Part shown: positions 18,373-28,453 of the stretch, one piece after another
Layout: each line of letters opens with the position of its first letter
Position numbering within the stretch: the stretch's first letter is position 1
Assembly: GCA_030429765.1 (NCBI GenBank)
Contig: JAUIER010000015.1
Span: 31,079 to 95,078, forward strand
DNA length: 64,000 bases
From: a bacterium
Lineage (GTDB): Bacteria > Omnitrophota > Gorgyraeia > Zapsychrales > Zapsychraceae
Reading direction: 5' to 3'
Position numbers and translations under genes: made by a program
Notes under the pieces: generated by a model
The model's input: the letters and a program-made list of their open reading frames with translations, nothing else
What the model was told of the DNA's origin: nothing
Databases searched by the model: none

Positions 18373-19500
18373 TTATTTAAAGACCTTCTTGATTTTATCC
18401 TTGATCGACTTGGTCTTGAGCACTTCCTCTCCGCTGACGTGAGCGAACTGCTCGAGAAGTTTTCGTTGTTCCGGATTCAGCTTGGTCGGGACCTGTAGCA
18501 TGACCTTAACATACTGATCCCCCTGTCCATGACCGCGCAAATCAGGCATTCCCTTGCCCTTGAGGCGGAAAACTTTACCGCTCTGAGTACCCGCCGGGAT
18601 CTTCATCGATACACTTCCCTCCAGCGTTGGCACGGATACTTCCGCCCCCAATGCCGCCTTGACAAAGCTGACAGGCAGATCCATATAGAGATCATTGTGA
18701 TCCCTTTGGAATTGATCATGCGGCAACACATGGATGTACAGATACAGATCGCCCTGACCGTCGGCCCCGGACTCCCCTTCACCCTGAACCCGCAGACGTG
18801 ACGAATTGTCGACACCGGCCGGAATGTTGATATCGATCTTTCGCACCACGCGTTTACGGCCTTGTCCCTGGCACTCGGAACAATTTTCCGTAATAATCTG
18901 TCCGCGTCCCCGGCATTGCTGACAAGGCTGCTGCATGCGGAAAAATCCGCTGGAGACCAAAATATGTCCCTGCCCCTTACACGTCTGGCAGGTGTTCAAA
19001 CTGGTGCCGTCTTTGGCCCCTGTCCCACGACACGACGAACAATGTTCATGACGCGGCACTTTGATATTCTTCTTGACCCCTTTGAAGGCCTCATCAAGCG
19101 TGATATCGACTTCATACTGGATGTCGGCCCCGCGGTCAAAACTGCGCCCGCCTCGACCGCCGCCAAAAATGTCACCGAATCCTCCGCCGCCACCGCCGAA
19201 GAATTGACTAAAAATATCGCCTAGGTCGCCAAAATCGGCGCCGCGGAAGATGTCTTCCGCCGAGTAGTTCTGATCGATCCCGGCATGACCGTATTGGTCA
19301 TACAGCTCACGCTTCTTGGGATCGGAGAGAACCCCATACGCCTCAGAAATTTCCTTAAACTTTTCCTCGGCCTCGGCCTTTTTTGACTCTTCAACCCGGT
19401 CGGGATGGTATCTCAACGCCAAAGAGCGATACTTCTTCTTGATCTGCTGCAGCGTCGATTCTTTGGGCACGCCCAATATTTCGTAGTAGTCTTTTTTCAT
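18373..19500 (-). CDS. dnaJ: Molecular chaperone DnaJ
   Basis: J-domain with HPD, a G/F region and four CxxCxGxG repeats. Confidence 0.9.
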   Translation of the reverse strand: MKKDYYEILGVPKESTLQQIKKKYRSLALRYHPDRVEESKKAEAEEKFKEISEAYGVLSDPKKRELYDQYGHAGIDQNYSAEDIFRGADFGDLGDIFSQFFGGGGGGFGDIFGGGRGGRSFDRGADIQYEVDITLDEAFKGVKKNIKVPRHEHCSSCRGTGAKDGTSLNTCQTCKGQGHILVSSGFFRMQQPCQQCRGRGQIITENCSECQGQGRKRVVRKIDINIPAGVDNSSRLRVQGEGESGADGQGDLYLYIHVLPHDQFQRDHNDLYMDLPVSFVKAALGAEVSVPTLEGSVSMKIPAGTQSGKVFRLKGKGMPDLRGHGQGDQYVKVMLQVPTKLNPEQRKLLEQFAHVSGEEVLKTKSIKDKIKKVFK

Positions 19501-19575
19501 GGTCCCCTAGTCAGGACGATGACAGCGGATTCGACGAACCTCACAGATTCGTGAATCCACTGCCTCTTCCTTGAT

Positions 19576-21507
19576 TTATTTGTCGTCTTCGGCCTTAAAA
19601 TCAGCGTCGATGACGTCGTCTTTATTGTCTGAACCTGCGGATGATCCGCCCTGCGAAGAACCTCCACCGGCCGCGCCCGCGTCTGCTCCGCCTTGCGCTG
19701 CGCCAGCGCCGGCGGTTTGCTTGGCTTGGGCTGTGGACTTATAGACTTCCTCCGCCAGCTTGTGACTGGCCTTGGTTAGGCTTTCCTGGGCCGACTTGAC
19801 CTTATCGAGATCCTTGGATTCGATGGCCTTTTTCAAAGCGTCGAGCTCTGTCTCGATATTTTTCTTTTCATCCGCCGAAACCTTATCGCCGTAGTCTTTA
19901 AGTGATTTCTCCGTCGAGTACACCAGCACATTGGCTTCATTGATGGTTTCAACTTCCTGTTTTTTCTTCGCGTCTTCTTCCGCGTATTTTTCAGCTTCTT
20001 TCACCATCTTTTCAATATCATCATCAGACAATTTTGTAGAAGCTGTGATCTTAATCGACTGCTCCTTACCGGTTCCCTTGTCCTTGGCCGAAACATGCAC
20101 GATACCGTCAGTGTCGATATCGAATGTAACCTCAATCTGCGGAACACCCCGTGGAGCCGGAGGAATTTCCTCCAGGTTAAACTTACCTAATTCGGTATTG
20201 TCATTGGCCATTTGACGCTCACCCTGCAGAACACGGATGGTTACGGCCGACTGATTGTCTTCAGCCGTGGAGAACACCTGCGATTTCTTCACTGGAATGG
20301 TCGTATTACGTTCAATGAGCTTGGTCATGACCCCGCCCATCGTCTCAATTCCGAGAGTCAGCGGCGTAACGTCAAGAAGCAGAACTTCCTTGGCTTCGCC
20401 CTTGACGATTCCAGCCTGGACGGAAGCGCCTAAGGCCACACATTCCATCGGATCAATCCCGCGCTCGATCTTCTGACCGATTTCTTTTTCCACAAATTCC
20501 TGAATGATCGGCATACGCGTCGGACCGCCAACGAGAATCACTTTATCAACATTGACTGATTCGCCGAGTTTGTCGCTCGCGTCCTTGATCGCCTGCTGAA
20601 TCGGTCCACGGCATTTTTCAACGATCGAAGAAACCAGACTTTCCAGCTTGGCGCGATCGATAGTCATATTCAAATGCTTGGGACCAGACTCATCCGCCGT
20701 AATAAATGGCAGATTGATATCGGTAGAGATGGTGCTTGAAAGCTCGACCTTGGCTTTTTCGGCGCCTTCACGCAGACGCTGAAACGCCATTTTGTCATTG
20801 GTTAGGTCAACGCCGGATTCTTTTTTGAATTCGTCAACGATATATTCGATCAACGCATTGTCCATATCGGTCCCGCCCAGGTGATTGTCACCACTGGTCG
20901 CCAATACTTCAAAGGTTGCCGCTTTGTGCTCTTCGTCCCATCCCATTTCAAGGATCGTTACGTCGAGGGTTCCGCCCCCTAGGTCGAAGACCATGATTTT
21001 TTGCTCTTTTCCGGCTTTGTCCAGACCATAGGCCAGACATGCGGCGGTAGGTTCGTTGATAATCCGCAACACCTTTAGACCGGCGATTTCTCCGGCGTCT
21101 TTGGTTGCCTGTCGCTGATTGTCATTAAAGTAGGCCGGTACGGTGATGACAGCTTCTTCAACTTTGTCGCCGAGAAACTTCTCCGCGTCGGCTTTGATTT
21201 TCTGTAGGATAAACGCGCTGATTTGCTGCGGAGTAAATTGCTTACCGTCCACTTCAAACTTGTGGTCGGTTCCCATTTTCCGCTTGGCCGCGTAGATTGT
21301 TCCTTGTGAGTTGACCGGCGCTTGCCGACGGGCCGGTTCACCTACAAGTTTTTGTCCGTCTTTGGTAAAGGCGACAAATGATGGAAACGCCTTTCCGGAT
21401 GCCACTCCTGCGCCCTCGGCTGAAGGAATGATCGTTGGACGACCACCTTCCATAACCGCTGCCGCTGAATTGGATGTTCCTAAATCAATTCCAATTGCTT
21501 TTGCCAT
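19576..21507 (-). CDS. dnaK: Molecular chaperone DnaK (Hsp70)
   Basis: 643 aa with [18 protein letters not shown] and other Hsp70 signatures. Confidence 0.95.
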   Translation of the reverse strand: MAKAIGIDLGTSNSAAAVMEGGRPTIIPSAEGAGVASGKAFPSFVAFTKDGQKLVGEPARRQAPVNSQGTIYAAKRKMGTDHKFEVDGKQFTPQQISAFILQKIKADAEKFLGDKVEEAVITVPAYFNDNQRQATKDAGEIAGLKVLRIINEPTAACLAYGLDKAGKEQKIMVFDLGGGTLDVTILEMGWDEEHKAATFEVLATSGDNHLGGTDMDNALIEYIVDEFKKESGVDLTNDKMAFQRLREGAEKAKVELSSTISTDINLPFITADESGPKHLNMTIDRAKLESLVSSIVEKCRGPIQQAIKDASDKLGESVNVDKVILVGGPTRMPIIQEFVEKEIGQKIERGIDPMECVALGASVQAGIVKGEAKEVLLLDVTPLTLGIETMGGVMTKLIERNTTIPVKKSQVFSTAEDNQSAVTIRVLQGERQMANDNTELGKFNLEEIPPAPRGVPQIEVTFDIDTDGIVHVSAKDKGTGKEQSIKITASTKLSDDDIEKMVKEAEKYAEEDAKKKQEVETINEANVLVYSTEKSLKDYGDKVSADEKKNIETELDALKKAIESKDLDKVKSAQESLTKASHKLAEEVYKSTAQAKQTAGAGAAQGGADAGAAGGGSSQGGSSAGSDNKDDVIDADFKAEDDK

Positions 21508-21548
21508 GTTTGTATCCTCCTTGGATCTCTTCGATGGTATTTATATGT

Positions 21549-22154
21549 TTAGGCCTTGGCGGCCGATACTTTGACTTTGACCGTTCGGATGACTTTCTCG
21601 CCGAGCAGATATCCTTTCTGAAATTCCTCCAGAACGATACCTTCTTCGCATTCGTCCGTTGGTTCCTGCATGAGAACTTCATGCATATGCGGATCAAACG
21701 GTTTGCCTTTGGCTTCGATAACCGTCACACCGTTTTTCTTAAGAATTTCCTGGGCCTGAATCAGAACCATTTCAATGCCCTTGATAACCGAGTCTGTCTT
21801 CTGGTCCTGGTTTTTGACGGCGTTGAGCGAAAGCTCCAGATTGTCAAACAATCCGATGAACTCCATCAACAGCTCTTCATTGGCATATTTGACAAACTCG
21901 ATCTTTTCGCGGTCCATTCGTTTTCGCGCGTTATCAAACTCGGCGAACAAACGCACGTACTTGTCTTTGTTTTCGGCGGCCTCGTCGACGAGTTTTTGGT
22001 ACTCCGACTGCTTGATTTTGATCGTCTTGTCCTTTTTAGGCTTTTCGGCCTTGGGCTGTTCAGCATCGGGCTTAGACGGCTCAACCGACTCAGCCTTTGG
22101 CGCTTCGCTCGGATTTAGATCTTCTTGATCCTGAGTTTCTGTTTGCTTGGTCAT
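21549..22154 (-). CDS. grpE: Nucleotide exchange factor GrpE
   Basis: 201 aa. GrpE-like coiled-coil plus the C-terminal domain. Confidence 0.85.
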   Translation of the reverse strand: MTKQTETQDQEDLNPSEAPKAESVEPSKPDAEQPKAEKPKKDKTIKIKQSEYQKLVDEAAENKDKYVRLFAEFDNARKRMDREKIEFVKYANEELLMEFIGLFDNLELSLNAVKNQDQKTDSVIKGIEMVLIQAQEILKKNGVTVIEAKGKPFDPHMHEVLMQEPTDECEEGIVLEEFQKGYLLGEKVIRTVKVKVSAAKA

Positions 22155-22159
22155 CTGCG

Positions 22160-22900
22160 TTACCTGTAAATTTCTTCGATTAAGTTAGTGAAGTAGTCTA
22201 GTGTCGAGACTACCCGTTCGTAGTTCATCCGGGTTGGCCCCAGAATGGCCATTCGGCCCGACGGACCGTTGCGGGTTTTATATTTGGAGATCACCAGCGA
22301 ACAACTGTCGATCTCGGCCATAGCGATCTCATGACCGATGTAAATATTGACCCGCTCGACCAATTTTTGATTGATCAGTTTCAGCAGCTGTTCCTTCTCA
22401 TCCAGCGCTGATAAAATATTGCGAATCTTTTCCAAATCCTGATAATCCGGATACTGGACCACATTGTTGGCCCCGCGCAGAAAAATCTGATAATCCCGCC
22501 CGTCGACCGACACGATACTGGTGTAGCTCGTCATCTCCGACAAATCACGCGATGTCTTGTCCAGCAACCGTTCCAATTCCATGGACTGCTGCTGATACTC
22601 CTCCCGGATTCGCTTTTGTTCGGCTTCCAGCAAATGGATTTGGTTCATGAGATGATCGACGTAATAACGGTATCCCTTTTGGGTCGGGACTCGACCGGCC
22701 GACGTGTGGGGATGAGTCAGGAAACCTTCCTGTTCCAGTTCGGCAAAAATGTTACGGACCGTGGCTGAACTCAATCCCGTGGGAAATCGTTTGGAAATAT
22801 ATCCCGAACTCACCGGCGAAACCGTCTGAACGTAATGATCGATGGTCATGGCCAAAATGATATTTTTCCGTTGTTGAATTTCTTCCCGCGAAAGTACCAT
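22160..22900 (-). CDS. hrcA: Heat-inducible transcription repressor HrcA (short form)
   Basis: N-terminal winged helix (VSPVSSGYISKRF). The gene context is CIRCE-hrcA-grpE-dnaK-dnaJ. Confidence 0.8.
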   Translation of the reverse strand: MVLSREEIQQRKNIILAMTIDHYVQTVSPVSSGYISKRFPTGLSSATVRNIFAELEQEGFLTHPHTSAGRVPTQKGYRYYVDHLMNQIHLLEAEQKRIREEYQQQSMELERLLDKTSRDLSEMTSYTSIVSVDGRDYQIFLRGANNVVQYPDYQDLEKIRNILSALDEKEQLLKLINQKLVERVNIYIGHEIAMAEIDSCSLVISKYKTRNGPSGRMAILGPTRMNYERVVSTLDYFTNLIEEIYR

Positions 22901-22953
22901 AGACTGCGTATCTCCCGTATTTACTAGGTATTAACGTCCAACTTTAACCAAAA

Positions 22954-22980
22954 TTAGCACTCATAGCAGTGGAATGCTAA
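22954..22980 (-). promoter_or_regulatory. CIRCE operator (TTAGCACTC-N9-GAATGCTAA; 17/18 match to the consensus TTAGCACTC-N9-GAGTGCTAA)
   Basis: Read directly from the sequence. It lies just 3' of the -10 of the hrcA promoter on the transcribed strand, 54 nt upstream of the hrcA ATG. Confidence 0.8.
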
Positions 22981-22986
22981 GCGCGT

Positions 22987-23014
22987 ATTATAACAAATTT
23001 GTTGGTGTTGTCAA
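22987..23014 (-). promoter_or_regulatory. Sigma-70 type promoter of the hrcA operon (TTGACA-16-TATAAT on the minus strand)
   Basis: Consensus -35 and -10 hexamers are present as their reverse complements at 23009-23014 and 22987-22992. Confidence 0.6.
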
Positions 23015-23102
23015 CCTCTTCATCTGGTCAAAATTATTGATGATTACGGCCCCGGGGATCCCCGCAGGCCCATTGAAACGCGAGCGCTTAAACTGAGAGC
23101 TT

Positions 23103-23750
23103 TCAGTCGGTTACCGACTCCAACGCCTCTTTGAGTAAAATCAGCTGATCCAAAAAACCTTCGATCGTGACCGCTTCCGTGGCATACTGAAGCGGCTTGG
23201 GATTAAACTTTCCGGTGTGATCGAATTCCAGAACAATCGTCCCGCTGGCATATTTAAGCGGAATGAAGGCCCGGCCGCGCGCATCCACATTGCGATACGA
23301 CTTAAACAGCTTGACCACCTTGGCGTTCTGCAGCAATTCCTCAGCCACCTTGGGTTTGTTGCTGTCCACCCCGAAATCCTTAAGGGCATCGGGAATCTTA
23401 ATGTAGGCCTGCGCTTTATCGCCGGTGTGATTCAGCAATTTCTTCCCGTGCTTTTCCCCAAACACCAAGGTAAAATTTTCCTTGGTATCGGTCTTGAGAT
23501 AGGATTTGAAGACCTTCTCATTGAATCCCTGTGTTTCAAAATCTTCGTAGTAAAAATCATGCCCTTCAAAATCAAACCGGATTCGAAAAGAGTTTTCGAA
23601 CCCTTCAATCGGCTCCATGACACCGTCCACGAGCTTTGTCAGATCATCAAGCAAATCCTTCCGGGGACGTTTACTCGACGAGGAAGTTGCGCCAAGATAG
23701 GCAATACCCGCCGCGAATAAGGCCACAACCGCTACAAAAATCCAATTCAT
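23103..23750 (-). CDS. Hypothetical N-terminally anchored (1 TM) protein
   Basis: 215 aa. Its start overlaps the stop of the MORN-repeat gene (TAATG coupling). No recognisable domain. Confidence 0.45.
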   Translation of the reverse strand: MNWIFVAVVALFAAGIAYLGATSSSSKRPRKDLLDDLTKLVDGVMEPIEGFENSFRIRFDFEGHDFYYEDFETQGFNEKVFKSYLKTDTKENFTLVFGEKHGKKLLNHTGDKAQAYIKIPDALKDFGVDSNKPKVAEELLQNAKVVKLFKSYRNVDARGRAFIPLKYASGTIVLEFDHTGKFNPKPLQYATEAVTIEGFLDQLILLKEALESVTD

Positions 23751-24697
23751 TATTCACCCTCGATTCGGGAGATCACGTCACCATTCGTATCATATACTTT
23801 GCTCAACACTTTTTGACCCCGCTCGTAATTGACCTCGGTTAAAATTCGGCCTTCCTCATCATACATCTTAAAAATTCCTTCGCGACGATTGGATTGAAAC
23901 CGTCCGACCGTCTTGAGCTCGCCGTTCTCATGAAACTCTTGAAACAGCCCCTGACGCAGCCCGCTTTCGATATTGGCCTGCTGCTTCATACTTCCCGATT
24001 TGTAGTACTCATAATAGAAGCTGTCGATGAGCTGACCATCTCTCAGCACCATTTCGCTCTTCAGCTCGCCGGTCGGATAGTAATTCTTGACCAATCCGTT
24101 CATAACACCATTCTCAGCCTCGGCGGCCTTCATGAGCTTGCCGTTATTATCAAACACTCGAATTATACCACGCTGGACACCGTTTTCAAAATTGGCCTCC
24201 TGCACGACGACACCGTCTTCAGAATATCGGCGAGCCACTCCCTCCTCGACGCCGTTACGGTATGTTTTGCTGAACAAAGCCACGCCGTTAGGGCGATACT
24301 CAATGACTTCACCATCGAGCTTGCCGTTCTTGTACGGCGCAATGCTGACCAGCTTACCGTCCTCGCTGAAGGCGCGTGTCGGACCATCCAGAACGCCCAT
24401 ATTGTACTCGACCTCCACTTTAGGAGATCCGTCGGAGTAGTATCCCCGGGCGATGTGATCAATGATCCCATTAACGTATAACCCCTCACCCATCAAATTC
24501 CCGTTCTTAAAATACAGATTGAACGGCCCGTTGGGCTTACCATTTTTGTAGGTCAGTAAACGTCTCAACTCACCAGTACTGTAAAACTCCTCGTACAGTC
24601 CGTCGGGCACGTTGCTGGGGAAATCCTGGGCCATCGCTCGCGCTGCCGGCCACATTAACACACATACCAAGATCGGTATCAATTTTTGACGCATCAT
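23750..24697 (-). CDS. MORN-variant repeat protein (YwqK-like), signal peptide
   Basis: At least ten tandem ~23-aa repeats of the form Y..NGK..G....Y..G. Confidence 0.6.
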   Translation of the reverse strand: MMRQKLIPILVCVLMWPAARAMAQDFPSNVPDGLYEEFYSTGELRRLLTYKNGKPNGPFNLYFKNGNLMGEGLYVNGIIDHIARGYYSDGSPKVEVEYNMGVLDGPTRAFSEDGKLVSIAPYKNGKLDGEVIEYRPNGVALFSKTYRNGVEEGVARRYSEDGVVVQEANFENGVQRGIIRVFDNNGKLMKAAEAENGVMNGLVKNYYPTGELKSEMVLRDGQLIDSFYYEYYKSGSMKQQANIESGLRQGLFQEFHENGELKTVGRFQSNRREGIFKMYDEEGRILTEVNYERGQKVLSKVYDTNGDVISRIEGE

Positions 24698-24708
24698 ATC
24701 AGTATCCT

Positions 24709-24766
24709 AAATTATCGCTTAATTATATCACCAAAAAAAATTGGGATCATAATTAAGCGATAATTT
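24709..24766. repeat. Perfect 18-bp inverted repeat (aaattatcgcttaattat / ataattaagcgataattt) with a 22-nt spacer
   Basis: Read directly from the sequence. It lies between the clpB stop and the MORN gene start. Confidence 0.7.
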
Positions 24767-24775
24767 TTGGACGAT

Positions 24776-27358
24776 CTATTTGACCTGGAAAGTCAGTTCA
24801 TCGGTGTCGAAATAATCGACCTGAACACAATCCTTCTCCTTGATCTCACCTTTGAGCAAACGCATCGCGATCGGATCCTGAACCAGCTTCTGAACGACCC
24901 GTTTCAGCGGTCGGGCTCCGTACACCGGATCGTATCCGCGTTGCCCCAGATAATCCTTGGCCGCATCGGTCAATTCCAGCTCAATCTCCTTGTCCTGCAA
25001 TCGGGCCTTGAGAATATTGATCTGAATATCCACAATACGATGGATGTCTTTTTGATCCAGCCGATTGAAGATAATGGTTTCGTCAATCCGGTTCAAGAAT
25101 TCCGGACGAAAATGATTCTTCAAGGCCGAATCTATACGCGATTCAATCTGTTTGGCGTCAGTCAAATCCAGAATGACATCTGAACCAATATTGGACGTCA
25201 TGATGATAATGGTGTTCCTGAAGTTCACCACCCGGCCTTGGCCGTCCGTCAGCCGTCCGTCATCTAGTATTTGCAGCAGCGCGTTAAACACATCTCCATG
25301 CGCCTTCTCGATCTCGTCAAAAAGGACCACGGCATAGGGTTTACGTCGAACCGCCTCGGTGAGCTGACCGCCTTCATCGTAACCGACATACCCCGGCGGC
25401 GCACCGATCAATCGGGAAACACTGTGCTTCTCCATATACTCGCTCATGTCAATCCGCACCATCGCGGTTTCATCGTCAAACAGAAACCACGCCAGCGACT
25501 TGGCCAACTCGGTCTTTCCCACGCCGGTGGGACCGACAAAGATGAACGATCCCAAGGGACGATGCGGATCGCTCAGCCCGGTGCGGGACCGGCGAATACA
25601 GCTGGCAATCAAATCGATCGCCGCGTCCTGACCAATCACCCGCGACTTTAAACTGTCCTCGATCTGAATGAGCTTTTCTGTCTCACCCTGAAGCAATTTT
25701 GAAATCGGGATCTTGGTCCATTTGGAGATCACCTCCGCGATATCCTGATCATCGACTTCCTCCTTTAAGAGCGATCCATCCTTCTGGATCTTTGCCAGTT
25801 CCTCATTCTGTTTCTTAAGGTCCTGCTCGAGTTCGATGAGCGTTCCATAGCGAATGGCCGCGACTTTATCGAGATTACCCTCTTTCTCCAATTGGTCCGC
25901 CTCGATCTTGACCTGTTCAATCCGGGCCTTGATCGCGCGAATCTTCTCGATGACCTCTTTTTCTGACTGCCATCGCAACCGCATTTTCTTGTTTTCATCT
26001 TTGAGCTGTCCAAGTTCAGCATCAATCTTGGCCAATTTTTCTTTGGAGGCCTCGTCCTTTTCTTTTTTCAAGGCCTGCCGTTCAATTTCCAGTTGACGGA
26101 TCTTGCGTTCGTTGATATCCAGCTCCTGCGGCATACTGTCGATCTCGATGCGTAACCGTGAAGCCGACTCATCAATCAAGTCAATCGCCTTATCCGGCAG
26201 AAATCGGTCGGAAATATATCGATGCGACATCGTCGCTGCCGCAATAATGGCTGAATCTTGAATCCTCACCCCATGATGGACTTCATACTTCTCCTTTAGT
26301 CCGCGGAGGATCGTGATCGTATCCTCGACAGACGGTTCAAGCACCATGACCGGCTGAAAGCGTCGCTCCAGCGCCGCGTCCTTCTCGATATATTTTCGAT
26401 ACTCATCCAGCGTTGTAGCGCCGACACAATGCAACTGTCCGCGGGCCAACGCCGGCTTTAACATATTGGAGGCATCCAAGGACCCTTCGGTCTTACCGGC
26501 CCCCACAATTGTGTGCAGCTCGTCAATAAACAGGATAATCTCGCCAGCCCGCGCTTCCACTTCCTTAAGGACCGCCTTGAGACGATCCTCAAATTCGCCG
26601 CGGTATTTGGCTCCGGCTATCAGCGCACCGATATCGAGCGATAACACGCGTTTATTTTTCAGACCTTCCGGAACATCTCCCGAACTGATCCGTAACGCCA
26701 ATCCCTCGGCGATCGCTGTCTTTCCAACACCGGGCTCCCCGATCAAGACCGGATTGTTTTTGGTCCTCCGCGACAAAACTTGAATGACCCGTCGGATTTC
26801 CTCATCACGTCCAATCACCGGATCGAGCTTACTCTTTGACGCCAGTGCCGTCAGGTCCCGCCCATACTTTTCTAAGGCCTGATACTTGGCCTCGGGATTG
26901 TTATCCATAACTTTTTGTCCTCCCCGCATTTGATCAATAATTGTTTTCAGTTGCTTGTTCTGAACACCATGTTTGGCCAGCACATCATGCAAAATCGTCG
27001 TTGTGTCATTGTACAACGAAAGCAGCACATGCTCCTGAGCGACATACTCGTCTTTCATCTGTTTGGCCAATGACTGGCTGTTCAATAAAATCTTGTTGAG
27101 ACGTGACGATAAACTCGGCTGAGCCCCGCCTTCCACCGTCGGCCGGCCAGATAGATCTGCGTCAATCCGATCAATCAGCTCGTCAGGATTGACATTGATT
27201 TTTTTCAGGATATCAGGCACTATGCCGCTGTCATCCTTGACCAAGGCCAATGTCAAATGCGGCGTATCGATCTGGGAATGCTGCAACTCGCCGGCCAATT
27301 CAAAGGCCTTCTGGATCATCTCCTGATTTTTTTGAGTAAACTTTTCTATTCTGACCAT
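24776..27358 (-). CDS. clpB: ATP-dependent chaperone ClpB
   Basis: 860 aa with two AAA+ modules ([16 protein letters not shown]) and a middle coiled-coil. Confidence 0.9.
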   Translation of the reverse strand: MVRIEKFTQKNQEMIQKAFELAGELQHSQIDTPHLTLALVKDDSGIVPDILKKINVNPDELIDRIDADLSGRPTVEGGAQPSLSSRLNKILLNSQSLAKQMKDEYVAQEHVLLSLYNDTTTILHDVLAKHGVQNKQLKTIIDQMRGGQKVMDNNPEAKYQALEKYGRDLTALASKSKLDPVIGRDEEIRRVIQVLSRRTKNNPVLIGEPGVGKTAIAEGLALRISSGDVPEGLKNKRVLSLDIGALIAGAKYRGEFEDRLKAVLKEVEARAGEIILFIDELHTIVGAGKTEGSLDASNMLKPALARGQLHCVGATTLDEYRKYIEKDAALERRFQPVMVLEPSVEDTITILRGLKEKYEVHHGVRIQDSAIIAAATMSHRYISDRFLPDKAIDLIDESASRLRIEIDSMPQELDINERKIRQLEIERQALKKEKDEASKEKLAKIDAELGQLKDENKKMRLRWQSEKEVIEKIRAIKARIEQVKIEADQLEKEGNLDKVAAIRYGTLIELEQDLKKQNEELAKIQKDGSLLKEEVDDQDIAEVISKWTKIPISKLLQGETEKLIQIEDSLKSRVIGQDAAIDLIASCIRRSRTGLSDPHRPLGSFIFVGPTGVGKTELAKSLAWFLFDDETAMVRIDMSEYMEKHSVSRLIGAPPGYVGYDEGGQLTEAVRRKPYAVVLFDEIEKAHGDVFNALLQILDDGRLTDGQGRVVNFRNTIIIMTSNIGSDVILDLTDAKQIESRIDSALKNHFRPEFLNRIDETIIFNRLDQKDIHRIVDIQINILKARLQDKEIELELTDAAKDYLGQRGYDPVYGARPLKRVVQKLVQDPIAMRLLKGEIKEKDCVQVDYFDTDELTFQVK

Positions 27359-27429
27359 CGTTAATCTCCTGTCACGGGCTCGGGTCTAGGCCTCACACAT
27401 GTGATTGCCTAAACCCGGCCCATCCATTA

Positions 27430-27879
27430 TTATCCATCAATGTCAATCGTTGTTTCATTGGCGGATTCTGTCTTCTTGATATGAATGTCCAGTACTCCAT
27501 CGACAAACTTAGCTGAGACATTCTTCTGATCGATAATGTGTCCCAGATCAAGTTGTCTCGAGAACTCTCCGGTAAACCTTTCGGTCCGATGAACATTCAC
27601 CTGTTTATCATCATTCACCAATTCGCGCTTTCCGCTGATGGTTAGGATAGACCCGTCGACTTTAACGGTGATGTCCTTTTTAGCCACACCGGGCACATCA
27701 ACTGATATGGTGTATCCCTCGGCGTCTTCTCGAATATCCAGATCCGGAAATCCCCTACCGGCGATGGCCTCGGCAAAAGACCGGACTTCCGGAAAGAGCG
27801 TTAGACCAAAAAACGGACTTTCAAAATCATAATTGTCTTTGTTACACGAATGTTGTCGTTTATTTCGACCAAAACTCAT
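27430..27879 (-). CDS. Hsp20/alpha-crystallin family small heat-shock protein
   Basis: Alpha-crystallin domain. I prefer the start MSFGRN at 27879, which is preceded by AAGGGGG 8 nt upstream. Confidence 0.8.
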   Translation of the reverse strand: MSFGRNKRQHSCNKDNYDFESPFFGLTLFPEVRSFAEAIAGRGFPDLDIREDAEGYTISVDVPGVAKKDITVKVDGSILTISGKRELVNDDKQVNVHRTERFTGEFSRQLDLGHIIDQKNVSAKFVDGVLDIHIKKTESANETTIDIDG

Positions 27880-27939
27880 ATATACCCCCTTAAAATTTAG
27901 GATCGATTGATACCGACCCATGATTTAACGAAACTTATT

Positions 27940-27966
27940 TTGGCAGTTTGTGTAGGCGAGTGCTAA
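27940..27966 (-). promoter_or_regulatory. CIRCE-like element upstream of hsp20 (minus strand: TTAGCACTC-N9-AACTGCCAA; left arm perfect, right arm 6/9)
   Basis: Read directly from the sequence. It lies ~60 nt upstream of the hsp20 start. Confidence 0.35.
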
Positions 27967-28006
27967 TTTATCGCTAAAAAAAAGCGCCCGCACATAATCG
28001 ATAAAA

Positions 28007-28306
28007 TCATACATCATCTTTGCCTCCTTTTTCCTTATATTCCATATCTATGATGACCTTCACCCCGCTAATGTTGACGTTCTTGACCTTCATCAGATAA
28101 CGAACATGTATCAGCATCTTGATCTGCTGCTTTGAGTAGCAGCGCGTCCGCCCTCCCATACGCTTGGGCTGGATCACGCCTAGTTCATCCAATTTCCGCA
28201 GCGTCCAGACGGGCATCTTGACCATCTCGCTGACAACACCTATGACGAACAGCGGAGCATCAGGATAGATGTCAAAATCAAATTGATACTCGGGTTTGTT
28301 TTCCAT
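28007..28306 (-). CDS. MerR family transcriptional regulator (HspR/CbpM-like heat-shock regulator candidate)
   Basis: 99 aa with a MerR-type HTH (FVIGVVSEMVKMPVWTLRKLDELGV). It is the first gene of the hsp20-clpB block. Confidence 0.65.
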   Translation of the reverse strand: MENKPEYQFDFDIYPDAPLFVIGVVSEMVKMPVWTLRKLDELGVIQPKRMGGRTRCYSKQQIKMLIHVRYLMKVKNVNISGVKVIIDMEYKEKGGKDDV

Positions 28307-28330
28307 ACCGCACTCCTATGCTTCATCAAA

Positions 28331-28359
28331 AGTATACAAAATTTTAACGTTTTTGTCAA
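28331..28359 (-). promoter_or_regulatory. Consensus sigma-70 promoter (TTGACA-17-TATACT) for the merR-hsp20-clpB transcript
   Basis: The -35 is at 28354-28359 and the -10 at 28331-28336 (as reverse complements). The spacer carries an imperfect dyad (ACAAAA..TTTTGT). The -10 ends ~22 nt before the merR ATG. Confidence 0.55.
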
Positions 28360-28453
28360 GTTATTTTAATTTTTTTAGTTAGTTTATCTAATTTTTTTGA
28401 CTATATTAATCAAGCTTGTAAATCTAAATCATTTAATTTCAGTAATTTAAGAA

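Noticed and set aside
23040-23075. GGGGATCCCC 10-bp palindrome upstream of the hrcA promoter.
   Set aside because: It is too short and has no loop, so it cannot form a meaningful hairpin. It is probably a chance or restriction-site-like palindrome.
27975-27995. GC-rich segment followed by T8 after the MerR-like gene stop, as a possible terminator.
   Set aside because: No stable stem is present (at most 3-4 bp). It is more likely just a T-tract in the merR-hsp20 intergenic region.
28307-28453. HAIR (HspR-associated inverted repeat, CTTGAGT-N7-ACTCAAG) in front of the MerR-like regulator.
   Set aside because: No match to the HAIR consensus. Only a weak ACAAAA/TTTTGT dyad sits in the promoter spacer.
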